From Nemertoderma westbladi (lineage: Eukaryota > Animalia > Xenacoelomorpha): a stretch of 64,000 bases of DNA. The number at the start of each line of letters is the position of its first letter. Within the stretch, counting starts at the first letter, position 1. Positions 1-13,400 of the stretch are shown piece by piece. The notes beneath the pieces were generated by a model. The model saw nothing but the letters and a program-made list of their open reading frames with translations, ran no database searches and was not told where the DNA came from. The DNA is taken from positions 1,603 through 65,602 of the forward strand of contig JAUCBJ010004643.1 of NCBI GenBank assembly GCA_032718475.1, written 5' to 3'. The translations under genes and the position numbers were made by a program.

Positions 1-807
1 AACAGGGCAGTGATGACTCCACCTTTCAATAAGATCTTCGACCATCGCTAAACACCGTTCTTCTTCTTTCTTATTCTCAACAACGTGCTCATCAAGGGGG
101 TATTGTAGTTGCGGAAAATCCGCAATTGGCCAATCGAAAGCAGGTAAATCTAATTTATGGATTGGACTTGTGTGGGTGGTACTTAACACCGTAAAAAGTC
201 TCCCGTGGAATGCGTTTGCGAAGGATAGAATGGATCCTTGATGATCTGGCTTGTTTCTATCTGGTTCGGAATTTTCGTTACCAGCTACGCCTCTCATAAA
301 TATTTGTTTGACAGCACTTTCATTAGCTCCAGCTCCACACTCAGTTTGCGAAACTTCATTCAAGCCACATGGCGCCACTGACATCAACGTGTTTACCAGA
401 CGGTTCTGGAAATTACTTGGTGGGAACGTGGATAGATCTGGCCGGTTCACAAAGAAGCTCGCATTTTTCGGATCTGTGATGGCCTCGATAATAGCTGGAT
501 GATTATAACCCAGGGCAACTGAGCTGATCTGCATGAACATGTCGAGAAGACGGTTGCCGTCTGCGTCGACTATAAAGTTCCCATGACTCATCTCGTAATC
601 AACGAAGAAGTTTACCGCACCCGGGTTCTGTAATTTGGTAATTTCTTCGAGTAAGATGTTCGATTTGGGCCCTGGGCATTCTGATAACATGTATATTGAA
701 TCGTGGTCGTTAGGAAATAGTTTCCGCTCATTAGATTGGCATCGATACGACAGTTTCGACGATTTTCCCAGGCGATGTACATTTCGACTCAATAGATTCG
801 CTAACAT
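1..807 (-). CDS. ABAT: 4-aminobutyrate aminotransferase-like paralogue, N-terminal 269 codons; runs off the left window edge
   Basis: Manual translation from ATG at 807 is open to base 1: MLANLLSRNVHR...CPGPKS...GAVNFFVDYEMSHGNFIVDADGNRLLDMFMQISSVALGYNHP...SFANAFHGR...PIHKLDLPAFDWPIADFPQLQYPL. It is colinear with the ORF at 57866-59392 and has no introns in the visible part. Confidence 0.92.
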   Translation of the reverse strand, partial: MLANLLSRNVHRLGKSSKLSYRCQSNERKLFPNDHDSIYMLSECPGPKSNILLEEITKLQNPGAVNFFVDYEMSHGNFIVDADGNRLLDMFMQISSVALGYNHPAIIEAITDPKNASFFVNRPDLSTFPPSNFQNRLVNTLMSVAPCGLNEVSQTECGAGANESAVKQIFMRGVAGNENSEPDRNKPDHQGSILSFANAFHGRLFTVLSTTHTSPIHKLDLPAFDWPIADFPQLQYPLDEHVVENKKEEERCLAMVEDLIERWSHHCPV

Positions 808-1354
808 TTTGTCATTCGAAGAAACTGTATTATCCCTTGATGAATGATTTAATATTGATTGAATGAATGTTTATTTACCATAATCTAATTTGAAACAAAA
901 AGATAATATTATAATAATATACTAAAAAAATCACTGATCCCAAATGAAATGTAGTACACAAGTAACTTTTATATCAAACAGTCAGGGCCGCCGGACACAC
1001 TATCTCGGGGCCGACCTAGAGTACAAACAACTAGGCCCTATATTAAATTTAGTGCAATTTCAATATATAAGTTATGGTAAATATACAATCATTCCATAAT
1101 GTATTATCCCATGTTCTTCCTACAGTAATACCTACAAATAAACACATAGGTCTGAAGCTGTAGTTATTTAAGAACACCTAAAACGGGGAACCAAAACAAT
1201 AAACTAAAGCCAAATATAACAGGTTACAGTTTTATTTTTGAGAGTAATCAGCTGTTATTTGCGTCGAATTTCCCCTGGAGAGGGATGAATTTTTATTGCT
1301 TCCAGTTTCCACCTCTATTTGCCAGGTTGGTAATCCTACAGTATTACATGACCT

Positions 1355-1460
1355 CGGCGTAAAGGTGTATTCGCCATAAAGGGGATCTCGTGTATTATGC
1401 AATAAGAGCCCTACATTGATTGCCATATAACAGCACAGGCTGTACTGCAGCCGGGAATAA
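1355..1460 (-). pseudogene. Degenerate RTE retrotransposon fragment (post-RT region), continuous with the satellite monomer
   Basis: The - strand reads LFPAAVQPVLLYGNQCRALIA*YTRS/LYGEYT, versus LFRAAVVPVLLYGSPCWALTAEDTKSLDGTFT in the RTE ORF at 60558-62456. Confidence 0.8.
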
Positions 1461-4400
1461 ACTTACCTACAGATAATGTTTGATTCCATGTGATTTCCTT
1501 AACCTTGTAATTACTGCAGCCCGGAATAAACTTACCAACGGATAATGTTTGATTCCATGTGATTTCCTTAGCCTTGTAAGTACTGCAGCCCGGAATAAAC
1601 TTACCAGCAGATAATGTTTGATTCCATGTGATTGTAATTCTGCAGCCCGGAATAAACTTACCTACAGATAATGTTTGATTCCATGTGATTTCCTTAACCT
1701 TGTAAGTACTGCAGCCCGCAATAAACTTACCAACGGATAATGTTTGATTCCATGTGATTTCCTTAGCCTTGTAAGTACTGCAGCCCGGAATAAACTTACC
1801 AGCAGATAATGTTTGATTCCATGTGATTGTAATTCTGCAGCCCGGAATAAACTTACCAACAGATAATGTTTGATTCCATGTGATTTCCTTAACCTTGTAA
1901 TTACTGCAGCCCGGAATAAACTTACCAACAGATAATGTTTGATTCCATGTGATTTCCTTAACCTTGTAAGTACTGCAGCCCGGAATAAACTTATCAACGG
2001 ATAATGTTTGATTCCATGTGATTTCCTTAACCTTGAAAGTACTGCAGCCCGGAATAAACTTACCTACAGATAATGTTTGATTCCATGTGATTTCCTTAAC
2101 CTTGTAAGTACTGCAGCCCGGAATAAACTTACCTACAGATAATGTTTGATTCCATGTGATTTCCTTAACCTTGTAAGTACTGCAGCCCGGAATAAACTTA
2201 CCTACAGATAATGTTTGATTCCATGTGATTGTAATTCTGCGGTCCGGAATAAGCTTACCTACAGATAATGTTTGATTCCATGTGATTTCCTTAACCTTGT
2301 AAGTAATGCAGCCCGGAATAAACTTACCTACAGATAATGTTTGATTCCATGTGATTTCCTTAACCTTGTAAGTACTGCAGCCCGGAATAAACTTACCTAC
2401 AGATAATGTTTGATTCCATGAGATTTCCTTAACGTTGTAAGTACTACAGCCCGGAATAAACTTACCTACAGATAATGTTTGATTCCATGTGATTGTAATT
2501 CTGCAGCCCGGAATATACTTACCTACAGATAATGTTTGATTCCATGTGATTTCCTTAACCTTGTAAGTACTGCAGCCCGGAATAAACTTACCTACAGATA
2601 ATGTTTGATTCCATGTGATTTCCTTAACCTTGTAAGTACTGCAGCCCGGAATAAACTTACCTACAGATAATGTTTGATTCCATGTGATTTCCTTAACTTT
2701 GTAAGTACTGCAGCCCGGAATAAACTTACCTACAGATAATGTTTGATTCCATGTGATTTCGTTAACCTTGCAAGTACTGCAGCCCGGAATAAACTTACCT
2801 ACAGATAATGTTTGATTCCATGTGATTTCCTTAACCTTGTAAGTACTGCAGCCCGGAATAAACTTACCTACAGATAATGTTTGATTCCATGTGATTGTAA
2901 TTCTGCGGTCCGGAATAAGCTTACCTACAGATAATGTTTGATTCCATGTGATTTCCTTAACCTTGTAAGTAATGCAGCCCGGAATAAACTTACCTACAGA
3001 TAATGTTTGATTCCATGTGATTTCCTTAACCTTGTAAGTACTGCAGCCCGGAATAAACTTACCTACAGATAATGTTTGATTCCATGTGATTTCCTTAACG
3101 TTGTAAGTACTGCAGCCCGGAATAAACTTACCAACAGATAATGTTTGATTCCATGTGATTTCCTTAACCTTGTAAGTACTACAGCCCGGAATAAACTTAC
3201 CTACAGATAATGTTTGATTCCATGTGATTGTAATTCTGCAGCCCGGAATATACTTACCTACAGATAATGTTTGATTCCATGTGATTTCCTTAACCTTGTA
3301 AGTACTGCAGCCCGGAATAAACTTACCTACAGATAATGTTTGATTCCATGTGATTTCCTTAACCTTGTAAGTACTGCAGCCCGGAATAAACTTACCTACA
3401 GATAATGTTTGATTCCATGTGATTTCCTTAACTTTGTAAGTACTGCAGCCCGGAATAAACTTACCTACAGATAATGTTTGATTCCATGTGATTTCGTTAA
3501 CCTTGCAAGTACTGCAGCCCGGAATAAACTTACCAACAGATAATGTTTGATTCCATGTGATTTCCTTAACCTTGTAAGTACTATAGCCCGGAATAAACTT
3601 ACCAACAGATAATGTTTGATTCCATGTGATTTCCTTAACCTTGTAAGTACTGCAGCCCGGAATAAACTTACCTACAGATAATGTTTGATATCATATGATT
3701 TCCTTAACCTTGTAAGTACTGCAGCCCGGAATAAACTTACCTACAGATAATTTTTGATTCCATGTGATTTCCTTAACCTTGTAAGTATTGCAGCCCGGAA
3801 TAAACTTTCCTACAGATAATGTTTGATTCCATGTGATTCCCTTAGCCTTGTAAGTACTGCAGCCCTTTTAATAAACTTACCTACAGATAATGTTTGATTC
3901 TATGTGATTTCCTTAACCTTGTAAGTACTGCAGCCCGGAATAAACTTACCAACAGATAATGTTTGATTCCATGTGATTTCCTTAACCTTGTAAGTACTGC
4001 AGCCCGGAATAAACTTACCTACAGATAATGTTTGATTCCATGTGATTTCCTTAGCCTTGTAAGTACTGCAGCCCGGAATAAACTTACCTACAGATAATGT
4101 TTGATTCCATGTGATTTCCTTAACCTTGTAAGTACTGCAGCCCGGAATAAACTAGATACAGATAATGTTTGATTCCATGTGATTTCCTTAACCTTGTAAG
4201 TACTGCAGCCCGGAATAAACTTACCAACAGATAATGTTTGATTCCATGTGATTTCCTTAACCTTGTAAGTACTGCAGCCCGGAATAAACTTACCAACAGA
4301 TAATGTATGATTCCATGTGATTTCTTTGACCTTGTAAGTACTGCAGCCTGGAATAAACTTACCTACAGATAATGTTTGATTCCATGTGATTTCCTTAGCC

Positions 4401-7400
4401 TTGTAAGTCCTGCAGCCCGGAATAAACTTACCTACAGATAATGTTTGATTCCATGTGATTTCCTTAACCTTGTAAGTACTGCAGCCCGGAATAAACTTAC
4501 CTACAGATAATGTTTGATTCCATGTGATTTCCTTAGCCTTGTAAGTACTGCAGCCCGGAATAAACTTACCTACAGATAATGTTTGATTCCATGTGATTTC
4601 CTAAACCTTGTAAGTACTGCAGCCCGGAATAAACTTACCTACAGATAATGTTTGATTCCATGTGATTTCCTTAACCTTGTAAGTACTGCAGCCCGGAATA
4701 AACTTACCTACAGATAATGTTTGATTCCATGTGATTGTAATTCTGCAGCCCGGAATAAACTTACCTACAGATAATGTTTGATTCCATGTGATTTCCTTTA
4801 CCTTGTAAGTACTGCAGCCCGGAATAAACTTACCTACAGATAATGTTTGATTCCATGTGATTGTAATTCTGCAGCCCGGAATAAACTTACCTACAGATAA
4901 TGTTAGATTCCATGTGATTTCCTTAACCTTGTAAGTACTGCAGCCCGGAATAAACTTACCTACAGATAATGTTTGATTCCATGTGATTTCTTTAACCTTG
5001 TAAGTACTGCAGCCCGGAATAAACTTACCTACAGATAATGTTTGATTCCATGTGATTTCCTTAACCTTGTAAGTACTGCAGCCCGGAATAAACTTACCTA
5101 CAGATAATGTTTGATTCCATGTGATTGTAATTCTGCAGCCCGGAATAAACTTACCTACAGATAATGTTTGATTCCATGTGATTTCGTTAACCTTGCAAGT
5201 ACTGCAGCCCGGAATAAACTTACCTACAGATAATGTTTGATTCCATGTGATTTCCTTAACCTTGTAAGTACTACAGCCCGGAATAAACTTACCAACAGAT
5301 AATGTTTGATTCCATGTGATTTCCTTAACCTTGTAAGTACTATAGCCCGGAATAAACTTACCAACAGATAGTGTTTGATTCCATGTGATTTCCTTAACCT
5401 TGTAAGTACTGCAGCCCGGAATAAACTTACCTACAGATAATGTTTGATATCATATGATTTCCTTAACCTTGTAAGTACTGCAGCCCGGAAAAAACTTACC
5501 TACAGATAATTTTTGATTCCATGTGAATTCCTTAACCTTGTAAGTACTGCAGCCCGGAATAAACTTACCTACAGATAATGTTTGATATCATACAGTATGA
5601 TTTCCTTAACCTTGTAAGTACTGCAGCCCTTTTAATACACTTACCTACAGATAATGTTTGATTCCATGTGATTTCCTTAGCCTTGTAAGTACTGCAGCCC
5701 TTTTAATAAACTTACCTACAGATAATGTTTGATTCCATGTGATTTCCTTAACCTTGTAAGTACTGCAGCCCGGAATAAACTTACCAACAGATAATGTTTG
5801 ATTCCATGTGATTTCCTTAATCTTGTAAGTACTGCAGCTCGGAATAAACTTACCTACAGATAATGTTTGATTCAATGTGATTTCCTTAGCCTTGTAAGTA
5901 CTGCAGCCCGGAATAAACTTACCTACAGATAATGTTTGATTCCATGTGATTTCCTTAACCTTGTAAGTACTGCAACCCGGAATAAACTAGATACAGATAA
6001 TGTTTGATTCCATGTGATTTCCTTTACCTTGTAAGTACTGCAGCCCGGAATAAACTTACCAACAGATAATGTTTGATTCCATGTGATTTCCTTTACCTTG
6101 TAAGTACTGCAGCCCGGAATAAACTTACCTACAGATAATGTTTGATTCCATGTGATTTCCTTAGCCTTGTAAGTACTGCAGCCCGGAATAAACTTACCTA
6201 CAGATAATGTTTGATTCCATGTGATTTCCTTAACCTTGTAAGTACTGCAGCCCGGAATAAACTTACCTACAGATAATGTTTGATTCCATGTGATTTCCTT
6301 AGCCTTGTAAGTACTGCAGCCCGGAATAAACTTACCTACAGATAATGTTTGATTCCATGTGATTTCCTTAACCTTGTAAGTACTGCAGCCCGGAATAAAC
6401 TTACCTACAGATAATGTTTGATTCCATGTGATTTCCTTAACCTTGTAAGTACTGCAGCCCGGAATAAACTAGATACAGATAATGTTTGATTCCATGTGAT
6501 TTCCTTAACCTTGTAAGTGCTGCAGCCCGGAATAAACTTACCAACAGATAATGTATGATTCCATGTGATTTCTTTGACCTTGTAAGTACTGCAGCCCGGA
6601 ATAAACTTACCTACAGATAATGTTTGATTCCATGTGATTTCCTTAACCTTGTAAGTACTGCAGCCCGGAATAAACTTACCAACAGATAATGTTTGATTCC
6701 ATGTGATTTCCTTAACCTTGTAAGTACTGCAGCCCGGAATAAACTTACCTACAGATATTGTTTGATTCCATGTGATTTCCTTAGCCTTGTAAGTACTGCA
6801 GCCCTTTTAATAAACTTACCTACAGATAATGTTTGATTCCATGTGATTTCCTTAACCTTGTAAGTACTGCAGCCCGGAATAAACTTACCAACAGATAATG
6901 TTTGATTCCATGTGATTTCCTTAACCTTGTAAGTACTGCAGCCCGGAATAAACTTACCTACAGATAATGTTTGATTCCATGTGATTTCCTTAGCCTTGTA
7001 AGTACTGCAGCCCTTTTAATAAACTTACCTACAGATAATGTTTGATTCCATGTGATATCCTTAACCTTGTAAGTACTGCAGCCCGGAATAAACTTACCTA
7101 CAGATAATGTTTGATTCCATGTGATTTCCTTAGCCTTGTAAGTACTGCAGCCCGGAATAAACTTACCTACAGATAATGTTTGATTCCATGTGATTTCCTT
7201 AACCTTGTAAGTACTGCAGCCCGGAATAAACTTACCTACAGATAATGTTTGATTCCATGTGATGGTAATTATGCATTCCGGAATAAACTTACCTACAGAT
7301 AATGTTTGATTCCATGTGATTTACTTAACCTTGTAAGTACTGCAGCCCGGAATAAACTTACCTACAGATAATGTTTGATTCCATGTGATTTCCTTAACCT

Positions 7401-10400
7401 TGTAAGTACTGCAGCCCGGAATAAACTTACCAACAGATAATGTTTGATTCCATGTGATTTCCTTAACCTTGTAAGTACTGCAGCCCGGAATAAACTTACC
7501 TACAGATAATGTTTGATATCATATGATTTCCTTAACCTTGTAAGTACTGCAGCCCGGAATAAACTTACCTACAGATAATGTTTGATTCCATGTGATTTCC
7601 TTAACCTTGTAAGTACTGCAGCCCGGAATAAACTTACCTACAGATAATGTTTGATTCCATGTGATTTCCTTAACCTTGTAAGTACTGCAGCCCGGAATAA
7701 ACTTACCTACAGATAATGTTTGATTCCATGTGATTTCCTTAACCTTGTAAGTACTGCAGCCCGGAATAAACTTACCAACAGATAATGTTTGATTCCATGT
7801 GATTTCCTTAACCTTGTAAGTACTGCAGCCCGGAATAAACTTACCTACAGATAATGTTTGATATCATATGATTTCCTTAACCTTGTAAGTACTGCAGCCC
7901 GGAATAAACTTACCTTCAGATAACGTTTGATTCCATGTGATTTCCTTAACCTTGTAAGTACTGCAGCCCGGAATAAACTTACCTACAGATAATGTTTGAT
8001 ATCATATGATTTCCTTAACCTTGTAAGTACTGCAGCCCTTTTAATAAACTTACCTACAGATAATGTATGATTCCATGTGATTTCTTTGACCTTGTAAGTA
8101 CTGCAGCCCGGAATAAACTTACCTACAGATAATGTTTGATTCCATGTGATTGTAATTCTGCAGCCCGGAATAAACTTACCTACAGATAATGTTTGATTCC
8201 ATGTGATTTACTTAACCTTGTAAGTACTGCAGCCCGGAATAAACTTACCTACAGATAATGTTTGATTCCATGTGATTTCCTTAACCTTGTAAGTACTGCA
8301 GCCCGGAATAAACTTACCAACAGATAATGTTTGATTCCATGTGATTTCCTTAACCTTGTAAGTACTGCAGCCCGGAATAAACTTACCTACAGATAATGTT
8401 TGATATCATATGATTTCCTTAACCTTGTAAGTACTGCAGCCCGGAATAAACTTACCTACAGATAATGTTTGATTCCATGTGATTTCCTTAACCTTGTAAG
8501 TACTGCAGCCCGGAATAAACTTACCTACAGATAATGTTTGATTCCATGTGATTTCCTTAACCTTGTAAGTACTGCAGCCCGGAATAAACTTACCTACAGA
8601 TAATGTTTGATTCCTTGTGATTTCCTTAACCTTGTAAGTACTGCAGCCCGGAATAAACTTACCAACAGATAATGTTTGATTCCATGTGATTTCCTTAACC
8701 TTGTAAGTACTGCAGCCCGGAATAAACTTACCTACAGATAATGTTTGATATCATATGATTTCCTTAACCTTGTAAGTACTGCAGCCCGGAATAAACTTAC
8801 CTACAGATAATGTTTGATTCCATGTGATTTTCTTAACCTTGTAAGTACTGCAGCCCGGAATAAACTTACCAACAGATAATGTTTGATTCCATGTGATTTC
8901 CTTAACCTTGTAAGTACTGCAGCCCGGAATAAACTTACCTACAGATAATGTTTGATTCCATGTGATTTCCTTAGCCTTGTAAGTACTGCAGCCCGGAATA
9001 AACTTACCTACAGATAATGTTTGATTCCATGTGATTTCCTTAACCTTGTAAGTACTGCAGCCCGGAATAAACTTACCTACAGATAATGTTTGATTCCATG
9101 TGATTTCCTTAGCCTTGTAAGTACTGCAGCCCGGAATAAACTTACCTACAGATAATGTTTGATTCCATGTGATTTCCTTAACCTTGTAAGTACTGCAGCC
9201 CGGAATAAACTTACCTACAGATAATGTTTGATTCCATGTGATTTCCTTAACCTTGTAAGTACTGCAGCCCGGAATAAACTAGATACAGATAATGTTTGAT
9301 TCCATGTGATTTCCTTAACCTTGTAAGTGCTGCAGCCCGGAATAAACTTACCAACAGATAATGTATGATTCCATGTGATTTCTTTGACCTTGTAAGTACT
9401 GCAGCCCGGAATAAACTTACCTACAGATAATGTTTGATTCCATGTGATTTTCTTAGCCTTGTAAGTACTGCAGCCCGGAATAAACTTACCTACAGATAAT
9501 GTTTGATTCCATGTGATTTCCTTAACCTTGTAAGTACTGCAGCCCGGAATAAACTTACCTACAGATAATGTTTGATTCCATGTGATTTCCTTAGCCTTGT
9601 AAGTACTGCAGCCCGGAATAAACTTACCTACAGATAATGTTTGATTCCATGTGATTTCCTTAGCCTTGTAAGTACTGCAGCCCGGAATAAACTTACCTAC
9701 AGATAATGTTTGATTCCATGTGATTTCCTTAGCCTTGTAAGTACTGCAGCCCGGAATAAACTTACCTACAGATAATGTTTGATTCCATGTGATTTCCTTA
9801 GCCTTGTAAGTACTGCAGCCCGGAATAAACTTACCTACAGATAATGTTTGATTCCATGTGATTTCCTTAACCTTGTAAGTACTGCAGCCCGGAATAAACT
9901 TACCAACAGATAATGTTTGATTCCATGTGATTGATTTCCTTAACCTTGTAAGTACTGCAGCCCGGAATAAACTTACCTACAGATAATGTTTGATTCCATG
10001 TGATTGTAATTATGTATTCCGGAATAAACTTACCTACAGATAATGTTTGATTCCATGTGATTTACTTAACCTTGTAAGTACTGCAGCCCGGAATAAACTT
10101 ACCTACAGATAATGTTTGATTCCATGTGATTTCCTTAACCTTGTAAGTACTGCAGCCCGGAATAAACTTACCAACAGATAATGTTTGATTCCATGTGATT
10201 TCCTTAACCTTGTAAGTACTGCAGCCCGGAATAAACTTACCTACAGATAATGTTTGATATCATATGATTTCCTTAACCTTGTAAGTAATGCAGCCCGGAA
10301 TAAACTTACCTACAGATAATGTTTGATTCCATGTGATTTCCTTAACCTTGTAAGTACTGCAGCCCGGAATAAACTTACCTACAGATAATGTTTGATTCCA

Positions 10401-13400
10401 TGTGATTTCCTTAACCTTGTAAGTACTGCAGCCCGGAATAAACTTACCTACAGATAATGTTTGATTCCATGTGATTTCCTTAACCTTGTAAGTACTGCAG
10501 CCCGGAATAAACTTACCAACAGATAATGTTTGATTCCATGTGATTTCCTTAACCTTGTAAGTACTGCAGCACGGAATAAACTTACCTACAGATAATGTTT
10601 GATATCATATGATTTCCTTAACCTTGTAAGTACTGCAGCCCGGAATAAACTTACCTACAGATAATGTTTGATTCCATGTGATTTCCTTAACCTTGTAAGT
10701 ACTGCAGCCCGGAATAAACTTACCTACAGATAATGTTTGATATCATATGATTTCCTTAACCTTGTAAGTACTGCAGCCCTTTTAATAAACTTACCTACAG
10801 ATAATGTATGATTCCATGTGATTTCTTTGACCTTGTAAGTACTGCAGCCCGGAATAAACTTACCTACAGATAATGTTTGATTCCATGTGATTTCCTTAAC
10901 CTTGTAAGTAATGCAGCCCGGAATAAACTTACCAACAGATAATGTTTGATTCCATGTGATTTACTTAACCTTGTAAGTACTGCAGCCCGGAATAAACTTA
11001 CCTACAGATAATGTTTGATTCCATGTGATTTCCTTAACCTTGTAAGTAATGCAGCCCGGAATAAACTTACCAACAGATAATGTTTGATTCCATGTGATTT
11101 CCTCAACCTTGTAAGTACTGCAGCCCGTAATAAACTTACCTACAGATAATGTTTGATATCATATGATTTCCTTAACCTTGTAAGTACTACAGCCCGGAAT
11201 AAACTTACCTACAGATAATGTTTGATTCCATGTGATTTCCTTAACCTTGTAAGTACTGCAGCCCGGAATAAACTTACCTACAGATAATGTTTGATTCCAT
11301 GTGAGTTCCTTAACCTTGTAAGTACTGCAGCCCGGAATAAACTTACCTACAGATAATGTTTGGTTCCTTGTGATTTCCTTAACCTTGTAAGTACTGCAGC
11401 CCGGAATAAACTTACCAACAGATAATGTTTGATTCCATGTGATTTCCTTAACCTTGTAAGTACTGCAACCCGGAATAAACTTACCTACAGATAATGTTTG
11501 ATATCATATGATTTCCTTAACCTTGTAAGTACTGCAGCCCGGAATAAACTTACCTACAGATAATGTTTGATTCCATGTGATTTCCTTAACCTTGTAAGTA
11601 CTGCAGCCCGGAATAAACTTACCTACAGATAATGTTTGATATAATATGATTTCCTTAACCTTGTAAGTACTGCAGCCCGGAATAAACTTACCTACAGATA
11701 ATGTTGGATTCCATGTAATTTCCTTAACCTTGTAAGTACTGCAGCCCGGAATAAACTTACCTACAGATAATGTTTTATATCATATGATTTCCTTAACCTT
11801 GTAAGTACTGCAGCCCGGAATAAACTTACCTACAGATAATGTTTGATTCCATGTGATTTCCTTAACCTTGTAAGTACTGCAGCCCGGAATAAACTTACCT
11901 ACAGATAATGTTTGATATCATATGATTTCCTTAACCTTGTAAGTACTGCAGCCCGGAATAAACTTACCTACAGATAATGTTTGATTCCATGTGATTTCCT
12001 TAACCTTGTAAGTACTGCAGCCCGGAATAAACTTACCAACAGATAATGTTTGATTCCATGTGATTTCTTTGACCTTGTAAGTACTGCAGCCCGGAATAAA
12101 CTTACCTACAGATAATGTTTGATTCCATGTGATTTCCTTAACCTTGTAAGTACTGCAGCCCTTTTAATAAACTTACCTACAGATAATGTTTGATTCCATG
12201 TGATTTCCGTAACCTTGTAAGTACTGCAGCCCGGAATAAACTTACCTACAGATAATGTTTGATTCCATGTAATTTCCTTAACCTTGTAAGTACTGCAGCC
12301 CTTTTAATAAACTTACCTACAGATAATGTTTGATTCCATGTGATTTCCCTAACCTTGTAAGTACTGCAGCCCGGAATAAACTTACCTACAGATAATGTTT
12401 GATTCCATGTGATTTCCTTAACCTTGTAAGTACTGCAGCCCGGAATAAACTTACCTACAGATAATGTTTGATTCCATGTGATTTCCTTAACCTTGTAAGT
12501 ACTGCAGCCCGGAATAAACTTACCTACAGATAATGTTTGATTCCATGTGATTGTAATTCTGCAGCCCGGAATAAACTTACCTACAGATAATGTTTGATTC
12601 CATGTGATTTACTTAACCTTGTAAGTACTGCAGCCCGGAATAAACTTACCTACAGATAATGTTTGATATCATATGATTTCCTTAGCCTTGTAAGTACTGC
12701 AGCCCGGAATAAACTTACCTACAGATAATGTTTGATATCATATGATTTCCTTAGCCTTGTAAGTACTGCAGCCCGGAATAAACTTACCTACAGATAATGT
12801 TTGATTCCATGTGATTTCCTTAACCTTGTAAGTACTATAGCCCGGAATAAATTTACCAACAGATAATGTATGATTCCATGTGATTTCTTTGACCTTGTAA
12901 GTACTGCAGCCCTGAATAAACTTACCTACAGATAATGTTTGATTCCATGTGATTGTATTTCTGCAGCCCGGAATAAACTTACCTACAGATAATGTTTGAT
13001 TCCATGTGATTGTAATTCTGCAGCCCGGAATAAACTTACCTACAGATAATGTTTGATTCCATGTGATTTGCTTAACCTTGTAAGTACTGTAGCCCGGAAT
13101 AAACTTACCTACAGATAATGTTTGATTCCATGTGATTTCCTTAACCTTGTAAGTACTGCAGCCCGGAATAAACTTACCAACAGATAATGTTTGATTCCAT
13201 GTGATTTACTTAACCTTGTAAGTACTGCAGCCCGGAATAAACTTTCCTACAGATAATGTTTGATTCCATGTGATTTCCTTAACCTTGTAAGTACTGCAGC
13301 CCGGAATAAACTTACCTACAGATAATGTTTGATTCCATGTGATTTCCTTAACCTTGTAAGTACTGCAGCCCGGAATAAACTTACCAACAGATAATGTTTG

